From a virus, in IMG/VR virus record IMGVR_UViG_3300021400_001206, positions 11,782-75,781 of that record: DNA of 64,000 bases; one strand, given 5' to 3'. How positions within the stretch are numbered: the first letter of the stretch is position 1; each line of letters opens with the position of its first letter. The position numbers and the translations under genes are program-made. This document shows positions 25,239 through 36,699 of this stretch, one piece after another. A model generated the notes under the pieces. It worked only from the letters and a program-made list of their open reading frames with translations. It made no database searches and was not told the DNA's origin.

Positions 25239-25799
25239 TTACTGCACTCTCTGAATTTTAACACCAGGCTGTCCATCTGGCATTGTATATTCTTTAACAA
25301 CCTTCCAAACCATTCCAGATGCAGGCATACTAGCTCCAGTAGCTTTAGTTAAGAAACCAGTAGTACCAGGTTGTAAATAATTTCCAACTGAAAGTTCTAC
25401 TGTACCAACTTCAGCAGTATCAGAAGTATTTGCAACTGCAATTGTATTAGTTGTCATAATATCACCAACATAAGTTCTGATTAAACGAGGGAATATTCTT
25501 CCATCGGTAAAATCCTCTGTTTTATATACAAAATCCTTATGATGTTGCTTTCTTTCATCATAAAGCTTTTCTTCATTATAAACAAGCATGAACTCGCCTT
25601 CACCGTCAAAATTTACTTCACCAGCCGCATAATCATACTTAGCAAACTGTCCTTGTTCAAGCTGAGTAATAGAATCTGCTCCAGTGTCTCCAACCTTCAC
25701 ATGTGCCGGTAACTGAGCGTAGATTTGACCGGTAACAATACCAGAAAGGTGATTAGGTTCAACCTGTCCATATCCTTTTCTCTTCATTGTAAGTGCCAT
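25239..25799 (-). CDS. hypothetical head protein (186 aa, no TAG), possible decoration/minor capsid protein
   Basis: Complete ORF between scaffold-like and capsid genes. Confidence 0.35.
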   Translation of the reverse strand: MALTMKRKGYGQVEPNHLSGIVTGQIYAQLPAHVKVGDTGADSITQLEQGQFAKYDYAAGEVNFDGEGEFMLVYNEEKLYDERKQHHKDFVYKTEDFTDGRIFPRLIRTYVGDIMTTNTIAVANTSDTAEVGTVELSVGNYLQPGTTGFLTKATGASMPASGMVWKVVKEYTMPDGQPGVKIQRVQ

Positions 25800-25823
25800 G
25801 TTTCAGCATCCTCCTAATAAAAA

Positions 25824-27170
25824 TTAATGTTGTTCTTGCTCTTTAACAGCTTTCACCCATTCTGGTAGGCTGTCATTTTTATCATTATTTAAAGTATAAG
25901 TAACAATTGTTTCTTCTTCATTAGACTCTTTTTCTTTATCTAATGAAAAACTTACTTTCTTATCAAAACAAATAACCGAAAGTTTTGCTTTAATTTCTTC
26001 TAAAGTGTACTTCTCTTTATTGCTAATAACATCTGCTTTATCTGCATCAGAAAGCATATAAAATTCAGCAATAAGCGCATCCTTTTTCTGATTATCAATT
26101 TCTCTTTTAAATTCTACAAGTTCTTGATATTGATTTTGAAGAGTCTAATAAGAAGTTTTCAAAGTTTCAAGCTAATTTTTAATTAATTCATATTTCTTTG
26201 CATTTTTCTTATCTTTGTCATCATCTTCATCATCCTTATCTTCACTGTCTGATGAATCTTCAGAAGAATCCTCTGAATCTTCAGTTTTTTCTTCTTCTTC
26301 TTTTTCTTTTTCTTCATCCTTTTTTACATAATCAGCAGGAGCAGAAGTATCTTCACTTTGATCAACTACAGGAGTTGTTTCAATCTTTTCTTCTGACTGA
26401 GTAAACTCTGTTACAACAGAATCAGAATTTTCATTTTCAACAACTGTAGTTTTTTCAAGATTATCCATCTGTTGTCCTCCTCCGCTTAAGGCATTCTTTA
26501 AGTCTTGCATCATACTAAAATATGTATGTTTAAAATTATCATCTAATGTAAATTTTAAACTTACATCTGGAGCCGTTACAGAAGCGCCTTCGAAGCAAGG
26601 CTCAACATCGTCTCCTAATATACAAATTTTTTGAATAATTGCATCATCTATAATAAAGAAGTCTAATCCATTTTCATAATTTGTTTGCCAATTTCCTTTT
26701 AAAGTTTCTGGTTTAAATTCCATTGATTGTGGACGACCTTCATTCACAGGTAAGCTGGATTCTGGAAATTGATCAGTCCAAAGATAACCTGTTGTCATAA
26801 GATATTTTCTTACAACAGTATTACCCATACCATCGCTATCCTAAAAATCTTGAAACCAAACTTTTGCATCAGGAGATACAAAGCCATAAGGAACAGTTTG
26901 ACATTCGAATTTTACTCCTTCATCATCAATAATTACCTTTTCTCCATGATCTGTAAAATCTTCTTTACTATCTCTATAATAACCTACAATTGGCGCACCT
27001 CGCAACCTTTTTCCAATTTCAACAGCAACCTATTTAGAAATAAAACTATGGTTTCTATTCGCGCCAAGATAAAATACTTTAATATCACATTTAGACATTA
27101 AAGGATTTATATCAAGAGGTTGAAGATTTAAAAACTCAGGAGAGTTTATTGTTGCAACTGATTGGTGCAT
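25824..27170 (-). CDS. scaffolding-like protein (~448 aa, 4 TAGs): N-terminal globular part, long acidic Ser/Asp/Glu tract, C-terminal coiled coil
   Basis: Track ORFs 26172-26828 and 25824-26057 plus an upstream segment are co-frame across TAGs. Acidic tract DSEDSSEDSSDSEDKDDEDDDKDKK. Confidence 0.45.
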
Positions 27171-27324
27171 AATAAAAATTCTCCTTTTTCATTTCCATAT
27201 ATAATAAAAATTTGAATAAGTTTCTTAATAACTTTTGTCCAAAAAATTTTTAATTCATACTTTCACGATTTTGAATAGTTTTTGTCGCTTTTTCATCATC
27301 TGCTTTTTCTGGTCTTCCCGCGCC

Positions 27325-28821
27325 CTATTTTGCTTCTCCGCCAGTTTTATTTCGATTTAGAACTTCTGCATTCATAGTACTAGACATTAATGGTGGAATA
27401 AAGACATTAACTAAATCAAGAATATCATTTTCAAAGTATGCTGTTGCTAAGATAGCACTTTGAGCTTGTCCAAGAGCTATTTGAGGTAACATCTTAGAAT
27501 AACCTAATTGAGTATGCTCTTTATATTGTTTAGCTAAATCTTTATAATTATAAATAGTTGTAGGAAGAATCTGTGCCCTATAATTAACTTTTTTTGGACT
27601 TTTATTGTAAGGTATTAATAAAGTATTTAAAAAAGTTTCAAATTGTTGAATCAAATTCCACATTGAAGCTTCATCGTTCAAGATAGATTTTTCAAGAGCA
27701 ATATTACCATCCGTATTAAATTGCATTTGTGAAACACCAGCTTCATTATAAACTGTACGTTCAACTTTTTCTAAATCATCTGTTGTAGTAGTAGTATGAT
27801 TATCCGCCATATCCGCAACGTCAACATCAGCGAAAGTGGTTAAAACATCAATTCCAATAGCCTTAGATAACATTTGTACCGCATTATTATGAAGTTGTTG
27901 AGCTTCATCAACATCAAATACTAAATCACCATTCTTATCAATAGGCATCTTCTGAATAATGATTTTTAATAATTGTTGTTGCATCTTGCGGCGATCAAGG
28001 TCTTGGGCGGCATCTAAGTCAATTATAGCAGGAATAACCGCAATGAAAGGTGGAAAGTCTTCTCCATTCAAATTAAATTTTATAACAGATCCAACTTCAA
28101 GTAAATACCAACCTGAATCATCTCCTAAAAATTCTGGTTTTAATTTACCCTTCTTATAAAGTCTATAACCTTTTTCAAATTCTTGTGGAAAAATTTTTAA
28201 TATCTTCATTCTTTCTTCCACATCAACAAACATATCGTCAAAATATTTCATATTAAATTCAACCGCAGGTTGCCCATTTACAACAAATCTTGACCTGCAA
28301 TATTTTGGTGGTAATTCTTGAACTACAACAGTTCCTTCTTTTGCAGTTAAATAACCATAATAACAACCATTCTTTATTACTTTTAAAGCTACATCACCAA
28401 AGAATTTTTTAGCTTCAAATTTATCTAAATAATTTAAAACTTTATTAAAACCTTCAAGAAGTTTCTCTTGTTTTATAGATTCCTTATTATAATATGGTGT
28501 AACTAACCAATCATATCTATACATATAAGCCATGTAACGGCATAATCTTTGATAGATACCACTAATTTTATAAAAATAATTAGAAATATCTCTCATTTTA
28601 TTTAGGTCTCCATAATGAATGGCTCTTAAAACCTGTTCTTTATCTGCCAATTGAGGATTTACTCTACGTAAATCACCTAGTTTTAAAATAGCATCAGACA
28701 CTGATTTTACACCAATTCTAATTTTTGCAAAGTCAGTAGGCACATATCCAACACTATCAATAGGAATTTGATCATCTTCAGCCCCAATCATATTAAAGCC
28801 TTTTTTCTTTATCTAAGCCAT
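27325..28821 (-). CDS. putative portal protein (~495 aa, 1 TAG near N-terminus)
   Basis: ~490 aa gene directly downstream of terminase. 5' end uncertain (ATG at 28821 or 28791). Confidence 0.45.
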
Positions 28822-28853
28822 TCGATTTATCAACTTTAGATACCTCTCCTTCT

Positions 28854-29213
28854 TTACCATCCATACGCCGCTTTAAGAATATAATCATAATTTACACGTG
28901 CCTAATCCCAATAAGGAATAATAACTAATTTTATATTATGATCTCGACAATACTATCTTTTTCTCATATCATTATACTGTTGTTTTCTTAATCCATTATA
29001 ACCACCAAATTTATCTTTAGCTTCATAATGTTGAATTCCCTGAAACTCAATTAAGAAATCAATATTATGCTAATCATCAAAAACCGCAAAATCAAATCTT
29101 AAAGGACGTCCAGTATTACTTACTAAATCTGGAAAAGAGTATTCTTCTACGAACTCTAAACCAGACTCTTGTAATATTTCTTCTATTTTAATTTCTCCTC
29201 TGGATGCTCGCAT
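28854..29213 (-). CDS. Vsr/DUF559-like PD-(D/E)xK endonuclease-fold protein (~119 aa, 3 TAGs)
   Basis: GRPLRFDFAVFDD...IDFLIEFQGIQHY resembles the RxDF...IExDGxxH signature of Vsr/DUF559 endonuclease-like proteins. Own RBS GAAGGAGAAAAAAT. Confidence 0.4.
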
Positions 29214-29274
29214 ATTTTTTCTCCTTCACTATATTATATAAAAAAAACTTTTATAAACTTAATAACTTTTGACC

Positions 29275-32200
29275 TTAAGTTTGAGTAAAAAATAAAAAAT
29301 CTGATATATTTCTTTTTCTTCTTCTTTTATTTAACTCTTCTTCATAACGTATATAATAAAGTCCATAAATAAAGGCAGAAAATTTATCTTTTTTAATACC
29401 TCTATTACTTTGCTTTAAAATAATATTAACACCCTAATTTTCTTCTACAAGATTTAACATTTGCTATTTTAAAATAGACGTTAAAATGAAAGGACGTAAA
29501 TATTCATTTCTTTCATCCATATTCATATTTTGCCCTTGTTTAGTAGACATTAGCTTTGTCTTCGCTAAACTTTCATCTATTAAAAATCTAATTTTGCCAC
29601 TAAACATTTGAGTTTGAGCATAACTATATGCTTCTGTATTAATTGGCGCGTTAGCTTTTATTATATATAATATATCACGCTAAGTTTCTGGAGTTACAAA
29701 TTTCTTATATTCTGGATATTCATCTGTATTAAAAACTCCAAAAGGTGGTAAATACTATCCATCCACAGTTTCTTGAGCTTTTATTAAATAATCAATTAAA
29801 CCAACACCCAATCCATTACCGTCAATAGCAATTCGTTTAGGCTTATATTTATAATACAAATGTTTTATATGAATACATTGAGTCTCAAAATGCTAAGCAT
29901 CATAAGTATAAATATTAACAAGAGTCTTATGAGCAGCACCTTGTACTTGCGGCGTTACTTTAAAAACACAAATTTCAGTTGTACATCCTATACGTCCAAC
30001 GTCCACTCCAAATACATAATATGCGGTTTTGGAAGATCTTCCACTATACTCATACTATGGTTGCAGTAAAACTCGATATTTATCAAACTTCTCAGAAGAG
30101 AAGAAAGCATTTTCTACATCTCCGGACCAAATACTTCGATATTCTCTGTTAAAAGACTAATCATTAAATGTTCCTTGTAATCTTAATTGTTCAACGAAAT
30201 CTTCATCTAATAATCCAGAAACAACAGGAGTTTCATAAGTTCCGCCCATTATCATATACTAATCAGGATCTATAATAGAATTAATTAAAATCTAAATTAA
30301 TTTATGATATGCAAATGAATTTTTCCATCCTGCGGTTGTTATATAAATTTGAGATTTATTAACATTTTCTTCTTTATGGCGGCTACCATCTGAAAGACGT
30401 CTATCAACGTTTGTAGTAGGAATAATAACTTCATTCAGAATATCTCCATCAATAAGAACACACTATTCCATTAAACCGCCAGTTCGACGTTGACCTCTAG
30501 AAGATTGCCTTGCCGCAAGAATATCAATAGTTGAGCCATTTTTAAAAACGTATTTTACATTATCTTTTGATTTTGTAGAAACACCTCTGTCCCAATTAAT
30601 TTCATCATTTAAACCAGGAATAAGTCTACAAATTTCTTCAATTTTTGCAACAGTAATACTAGCAGCTTGCTCTTTTCCACCTGTTGTTACAAATAAATGT
30701 GAGTTAGGATATAAAATACATCTAATCATTAAAGCCATCATTGATAAAAACGACTTTGAATAAGCACGTGGGAATGTTGCATATACGTACCTATGTCTCA
30801 TAACTATCCGCAAAAAGACTCTTTGATAAAAAAGAAATTCAAAAGTACTATCCTTACCTTTAATAAAATCAACAAAAACATCTGGATACTATCTAAAATA
30901 GGCAATTAAATCTCTTAATTGATCTATATCTTGTAAAAGTCTTTCTTCTGATATTCCTTGTTTTCGGTATTCTCTCTCAGAAGACAATTGTAACAATTCC
31001 TTTAGCTTCATGACGTTTGAACCCTCCGATTCAAATATTCTTTTTCAATATCTTCATCATTTAAATTATCATCATGAGCTTTCATATGATTTAAGGAATT
31101 TTTATAATTTACAAAATCTTCATCTTCAAGTTCAACTGTATCTAAACCTTTTGCTCTAGCATCTTTTTTATCTTTTTTCATTTCTTCTGAAATCCGCTTA
31201 TCTTGAAGATATTTTTCAATTTCTTGAGCCAATGATTTATCTTCATAAATAAGATTTCTATTATATTCTTTTAAATCTCTAATAATCTAATCAACTATAT
31301 CTTGCGGCTAATTACATTTATACCTAGGAATTGAACCACTATGAGTCTAAACAAAATCTACAATAGCAGAAGCAGAATCTATACCTATACCATTACCATC
31401 TTTATTTTGAGCCTCTGTGAATTTTGCGGATTTCATCATTGTATCATAAACACGCGATAACTTTTGATAAGAATCAATATCGCCACTATCAATAGCCTAA
31501 TCCATCTTTAAAGAGGTTTTACAAATTTTCTTTAAAGTGTCAATACGTGCCGCACCTTGAATATCAAAAGAACTCATAAATTCATTATATAATTGTTCAA
31601 GAGCAACCCATTGACTAGGTCTATAAAGACGTCCCCACTTAATTGCAAGATACATTTTATCTTCTTGGTCCAAATCCGCACCAGGATCAGTGATCTCACT
31701 CTAAGGTATAAACAACTGCTCTTGAAATGGATTCTTTACCTGACTTAAAGCTTCAGCATAAGATTGCGGCTATCCATGAATTTCAATTTTATCTCCAATA
31801 TGTTGACCAGTAATATTGTTTCCCCATTGTTGAGGCAATTCTTTATTTTGAGTCTCAGTACTTACTAAAGTTTGATATTCAGATAATGAAATTTTTCCTT
31901 CACTTAATTTAACTTTAAGTTCAGCTTCATATCTAGCTTTTTCTTCTGCTTCTTCTTTTTCTTTAGCAGCCTTTTCCGCCTCCATCTATTTTTGGATTTT
32001 TTCAGTATCTTTATAGCCATATTTATTCCACTGTTTAAGTTTCATCTTAGCAAGATACTTACCAATAACAGACATTCCATTCATTTTATAAGGATCTTTT
32101 GCAAAAGCCTTATCTCTTAATACATTCCATTCAACAGGAATATAAGGAACATCCATTTTTTCAAGAATCCATTCAAAAGTATGAGGATCAAAATTATCAA

Positions 32201-32348
32201 TATGTGCGGTTATACATGCTTTGCAAATTTCACATTTACTTCCATCTTTATAACTATAAAAATTTATTTGACCAAATTTCTTCCCGCATCTTTCGCACGT
32301 ACATTTGCCGTTCTAATCTGGCTATTGTCCCATTATTTTCTTTGCCAT
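29275..32348 (-). CDS. terL: terminase large subunit with long N-terminal extension (~1024 aa, ~15 TAGs)
   Basis: Nuclease-domain motifs YVFGVDVGRIGCTTEICVFKV and IAIDGNGLGVGLIDYL plus IYITTAGW. N-terminal C4 zinc-ribbon (CTCERCG...CEICKAC). Track ORFs 31008-31232, 31770-31985 and 30463-30813 are co-frame fragments. Confidence 0.6.
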
Positions 32349-32392
32349 AAAATTCTCCTTTCTATTATTATAGAAAAAAATACTATATAGAA

Positions 32393-33529
32393 TTAAGTAG
32401 TTTTGACCTGTATTTTATTTTTTTTATTTCTACAACATTTGCACATACTATATAAACCATCTTTTGCGGTTTTATTTTTTGTAAAAAAATAAGGATGTGC
32501 AAGTTTTATTTCATGACATCTAGAGCATCTTTTCCACTTACCTTTTTCTTCAACAGTATAGTGCCAGATTATCCAATCTTCTTTTGCTCTTTCTGAAATT
32601 ATTTTTGGGATTTTTTTGCGCCAAACGACAGAGAGGTATTCAATAGAATAAGTAACATTATATTTCTATTTAATTCGTGCGGAAATGTCTTTATTTTGTA
32701 ATCCATCAATTTTATATTTTACAATATCATATAAAATAGGGTAATCTTCTTTTAACGATCTATCTATAAGATTATCAAAATCCTCCATTAGAAACCACCA
32801 ATCTCCATCAAAATTTCCCCAAGCCTATTCTTTGATTTTGGAATAATTACATAATAAACAACTCACATGATGAGGATCAAATAATGATATTAAACAATTG
32901 CTTATTGGATTTCCGCTGTCATCGACTTTTATTTTTTCATTTAAATTAATTTGATTTACATTCTTAGTTAATTTCATGGAGGTAATAGGAGGTTTAAATG
33001 AGCTTTTTAAGATATATTGATCTTGTCTCATTTCTATTAATTGTTTAGTTAATAGATATTTTTTTCTTCCAGTTGCTACCTTTTGTTGAATTTCAATTTT
33101 TTTTATTTCTTCTCTTAATTCTCTTAATCCTGGTATTGTTTCAATATCGTCTTCAGTAATCTATATTTTTGGAACTAATAGAATATTTTTATCCCCGCCA
33201 GTCATAAAATTATAAATACCATCTTCGCCATTTTCTAATTTTAAAACCAACCCCTAATAAGAAGTCTCTCTCTTATTAACAGTTACCATTCTATTGTCTG
33301 TTAATACAGTTTTTTCTTTTTTGCTTTCAGGAGTCTCAACTAAATATCTAGTTAATTCTTCTAAATAATATGGAGTCAATTTATCTACCGCAACGCTATT
33401 TACAATTTCATGCACTAATCTATTTCGCTATTGTATATCTGTAATTGTATAATCTAGTTTAGCGTAAGGTCTTTTACTATTGTTGTTTTCCAATAGAGGA
33501 GTATCTTTTATAACATCTTTTTGTTCCAT
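32393..33529 (-). CDS. zinc-ribbon DNA-binding-like protein, first gene of late operon (~378 aa, 5 TAGs)
   Basis: C-terminal KGKWKRCSRCHEIK...DGLYSMCKCC Cys cluster. RBS AAAAAGGAGTATTT. Position upstream of terL suggests a possible small-terminase or packaging role (inference). Confidence 0.35.
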
Positions 33530-33560
33530 AAATACTCCTTTTTATTAATTCTATACTTAT

Positions 33561-33589
33561 ATTATAGCAAAAAATTTTTTCTCTGTCAA
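33561..33589 (-). promoter_or_regulatory. late-operon promoter: TTGACA-N17-TATAAT on minus strand
   Basis: Perfect sigma70 consensus hexamers 60 nt upstream of the 33529 start codon. Confidence 0.6.
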
Positions 33590-33612
33590 TCTAGTATAAG
33601 AGATTATTTTAT

Positions 33613-33640
33613 TGATTTTTAAAAAAATATATTATATAAT
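33613..33640 (+). promoter_or_regulatory. divergent plus-strand promoter TTGATT-N16-TATAAT for the 33670 operon
   Basis: Hexamers upstream of AAAAAGGAGATAATAAAAATG. Confidence 0.45.
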
Positions 33641-33669
33641 AGTTATATAATAAAAAGGAGATAATAAAA

Positions 33670-33867
33670 ATGATTACAAAAGAAGAGATTAAACAGATAA
33701 GTAATATTTTTTGTGATGCAGAAGATTGTGATTATTGTCCTTTTACTGAGATGTGTGTTCCAGTTTGGGAAATTTCAGAAAATTGGAGAGAAGATGGAAC
33801 CTTAGATACATGGAAAAGTGGTTTTCAGAAAGCTCTTGAAAAAGGATTAGAGGTGCTTGACAAATGA
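33670..33867 (+). CDS. hypothetical small protein (65 aa), Cys-containing
   Basis: ORF with strong RBS. Confidence 0.5.
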   Translation: MITKEEIKQISNIFCDAEDCDYCPFTEMCVPVWEISENWREDGTLDTWKSGFQKALEKGLEVLDK

Positions 33868-34292
33868 TTTTAGCTGTCACAGGACATCGTCCACAAAGAT
33901 TAAAAGGACAAGAGCAATTGATAAAAAAATGGGCGGTTGAGCAGCTTACTCGCCTTCAGCCATCACTGGTTCTTGACGGAATGGCACAAGGAACTGACCA
34001 AATTATAGCAACCGCCGCAAAAGAATTAGGAATTCCTATTCTTTGTTGTTATCCATTCCCTAAGAAATATTATCATCCAGTTGAGCAATGGATTATGGAA
34101 GGTAATCATATTGCTTTTATTTCTAAAGAATACTCAAAAAAAGCATATTATATTAGAGATTGTTATATGGTAGATAATGCAGATGCTCTTTTATGCGTTT
34201 GGGATGGTATAGGTAATGGAGGAACTTTTTTAACTAGAAATTATGCTCTTAAAAAGAATAAACAAATTATTGATTATAAAGGTTTAAGGTGA
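33864..34292 (+). CDS. SLOG-domain protein (YpsA/DUF1273-like)
   Basis: ILAVTGHRPQRL...LDGMAQGTDQIIATAA resembles the SLOG/DUF1273 N-terminal signature. Confidence 0.4.
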   Translation: MILAVTGHRPQRLKGQEQLIKKWAVEQLTRLQPSLVLDGMAQGTDQIIATAAKELGIPILCCYPFPKKYYHPVEQWIMEGNHIAFISKEYSKKAYYIRDCYMVDNADALLCVWDGIGNGGTFLTRNYALKKNKQIIDYKGLR

Positions 34293-34474
34293 TAAAAATG
34301 AAAGTCAAAGCAAATTATAATATTACCCTTGATGAGGGGAGCTTTATTAAAGGTAAGGAATATAATTATAAAATAACGAACGAAGGAAAATATCTTGTAA
34401 CAACAGAAGAAGGAATGGAACAGGATTTAAATTTTGCGGAATTTGATATATTCTTTACACTTTTGAAAAAATAA
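34289..34474 (+). CDS. hypothetical small protein (61 aa)
   Basis: ORF overlapping the upstream stop (ATGA). Confidence 0.4.
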   Translation: MIKMKVKANYNITLDEGSFIKGKEYNYKITNEGKYLVTTEEGMEQDLNFAEFDIFFTLLKK

Positions 34475-34582
34475 AAAATTTATAATATAATATACTTGTA
34501 AATGATAAATAAATAAAAATATTAAAGATTAAAGAGAAAAGGAGGCGGCAGGTATGAGACGGTCATATACCTGCAAAACCGC

Positions 34583-34972
34583 ATGGTAACAACAGAATTT
34601 ATTGTAAATGAAGAGAAGCGCACAGTAGTTTGTATTATTACAACAGTAGATGACATGGCAGATAGACTTGCTAAGTATGGTCTTGCGGATGACCAGTATG
34701 ATGATATTGAAGATATTCGTATTTATAAGGGAATTGCGAAGTGCTGCCCGCAGGATACTTGGGATGAGTCTTTTGGAAAGAAGCTTGCAGAGTGGAGAGC
34801 CGCACGGAAGCGTGAGGTAGATATTAATAATGAAATCTATGATTATATTGATAGTATGACTGAAAGGCTTGAAACACTTGAGCTTTATGGTAGACTAAAA
34901 GAGCCGACTCCGCCCAAGGGGTATTGGGAAGAAGACCCTGAAGTTGAAGCCGCAAATAAAGGACTGGTATAA
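34583..34972 (+). CDS. hypothetical protein (129 aa)
   Basis: ORF with AAAGGAGGCGGCAGGT upstream. Confidence 0.45.
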   Translation: MVTTEFIVNEEKRTVVCIITTVDDMADRLAKYGLADDQYDDIEDIRIYKGIAKCCPQDTWDESFGKKLAEWRAARKREVDINNEIYDYIDSMTERLETLELYGRLKEPTPPKGYWEEDPEVEAANKGLV

Positions 34973-35355
34973 TGAAAGAAAAATTAACAAGAGAAACAGC
35001 ATTAAATCTTCATAGACAGATGTGGGTAGATATGCTAATAAAATTAGGTAATAATCCTAGTGGCTTAGCCCGCACGATATTTAAACGAAATTGGCTTCAG
35101 GCTCATGGTTATAAAGACGTTGAATGTAATTGTTTTTTGTGTGAATATGATTATCAACAGCTTCAACAGATAAAAACAGGAAGAAATAATTGTGAATCTT
35201 GTTTAATTGACTGGTCTCCTCTTTCAATGGAAGAGGATGCAAGTTGCGGAGATAGATATATTCATAACAATAACAATTCTGATTTTTATGAAAGTATATG
35301 GAAATCCGCCCCAATTGATGAAATTTTGAATTTACCTGAAAAAGAAGGAGTATAA
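34972..35355 (+). CDS. Cys-rich hypothetical protein (127 aa)
   Basis: CNCFLCEYD...CESC...SCGDRY cysteine pattern. Confidence 0.45.
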   Translation: MKEKLTRETALNLHRQMWVDMLIKLGNNPSGLARTIFKRNWLQAHGYKDVECNCFLCEYDYQQLQQIKTGRNNCESCLIDWSPLSMEEDASCGDRYIHNNNNSDFYESIWKSAPIDEILNLPEKEGV

Positions 35356-35357
35356 GA

Positions 35358-35687
35358 ATGTTTATTGTAAATCCGTGGATTTTTTATTTTGCTGGAATAT
35401 GTGATAATTTAGGATGTGTTGTTATACTTGCTGCTCTTGTTATTGGTATTTATATGCTAATTAGAGTAGTGGGTTATTATGCTGATGAGATGCCTCATTG
35501 GTGGGATAAGAATTTTAAAATTGCGGCAATCGTTGGACTTTTACTTCTAGCTCTTGCAGTAGTGATTCCTTCACAGAGTACTTGCTATAAAATGATTATA
35601 GCATCACAGGTCACCGCAGAAAATTTGGATAAAGTAGAAGATACTGTTGAAAGAATCGCCGATTATGTGGCGGATAAGGATGAATAA
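35358..35687 (+). CDS. membrane protein (109 aa, 2-3 TM)
   Basis: Hydrophobic segments. RBS GAAGGAGTATAAGA. Confidence 0.45.
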   Translation: MFIVNPWIFYFAGICDNLGCVVILAALVIGIYMLIRVVGYYADEMPHWWDKNFKIAAIVGLLLLALAVVIPSQSTCYKMIIASQVTAENLDKVEDTVERIADYVADKDE

Positions 35688-35688
35688 A

Positions 35689-35841
35689 ATGGATATATTT
35701 TTATTGATAGTTTGGATTTTTGTTGGAATAATTAATATTGCGGGGGCTGCCGCAAATGGCGGAGTAGTTTCTATTGCTAGTTATATTTGTTGCTGGATTG
35801 TGTTAATTGTATTTTTAACTATAAGATGTTTTGATAATTAA
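35689..35841 (+). CDS. small membrane protein (~50 aa)
   Basis: MDIFLLIVWIFVGIINIAGAAANGGVVSIASYICCWIVLIVFLTI. The track ORF 35647 start is probably too far upstream. Confidence 0.4.
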   Translation: MDIFLLIVWIFVGIINIAGAAANGGVVSIASYICCWIVLIVFLTIRCFDN

Positions 35842-35857
35842 GAGGAGTTTTAGAATA

Positions 35858-36019
35858 TGAATGAAAAGAATGTTGTAATTAGAGAAGATGAGAAGGATGT
35901 TGTTTGGTGTCCGACGTGCGGTGCGGCATTTTATAAGGATTCCCCCAATTGGGGCAGAGAAACTTGCGGGCATTGCGGAACGGTGCTGAATTGGGAAAAT
36001 GTAGAAAAAGAGGATTAAG
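35858..36019 (+). CDS. zinc-ribbon small protein (~53 aa)
   Basis: CPTCG...CGHCG motif. RBS AGAGGAGTTTTAGAAT. Confidence 0.4.
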
Positions 36020-36021
36020 TC

Positions 36022-36384
36022 ATGTATTATGGAAATAAAAGTTCACATTGGATAGCGGCGCTGGCTCTGTTTTTTTACGCTATTTTGATAGTAGGACTTA
36101 TTGCTTTTTCACTTTGGAGACCTGTTGATAAGGTTTCCAATATACGAGAAGAGACAATTGTAGTTACGGATAAAATGGTAAAAGATGACGTTTATTTGAT
36201 TTATTCGGAAGATGCTACATATGAAATTACTGATAGTTGGTTGTATCCAAGATTTAATTCGTCTGACTTATATGGAAAGATTCAGGTTGGAGAGAGTTAT
36301 AGAATAACAGTGGGTGGAAGCAGAATTCCATTTTTGAGTTGGTATCCAAATATATATAGGGCGGATAAGATAGAGAAGGGATGA
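36022..36384 (+). CDS. membrane-anchored hypothetical protein (120 aa)
   Basis: N-terminal TM helix then soluble domain. Confidence 0.45.
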   Translation: MYYGNKSSHWIAALALFFYAILIVGLIAFSLWRPVDKVSNIREETIVVTDKMVKDDVYLIYSEDATYEITDSWLYPRFNSSDLYGKIQVGESYRITVGGSRIPFLSWYPNIYRADKIEKG

Positions 36385-36389
36385 TAAGA

Positions 36390-36425
36390 AGGGATGATAA
36401 ATCATCCCTTCTTTTTTTGATTTAT
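36390..36425 (+). terminator. intrinsic terminator AAGGGATGATaaATCATCCCTT plus T7
   Basis: Perfect hairpin followed by TCTTTTTTTG. Confidence 0.6.
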
Positions 36426-36699
36426 CGTTTTTTGGTCTATCGTTTTTTGGTTTTTAAAATTGATTTGGAGAGGGAAATGCGGAGAACATACCCTTTTGTT
36501 AATTTTAAAAAAATTTTATCCCGAAATATACCCCCCCACATAAACATACAGGGAGTGGCACTAGCTGAGAAGAATGTACGAGTACGTCGGTAGAAAGCAC
36601 GGCCCTAAAAAACGTAGAATCAAACAATACCTGGGGAATAATAAATATTAGCAAATAAAAAAAGAATCTTTTTTAGGACAAATAAGCCTGATTAAAAAG

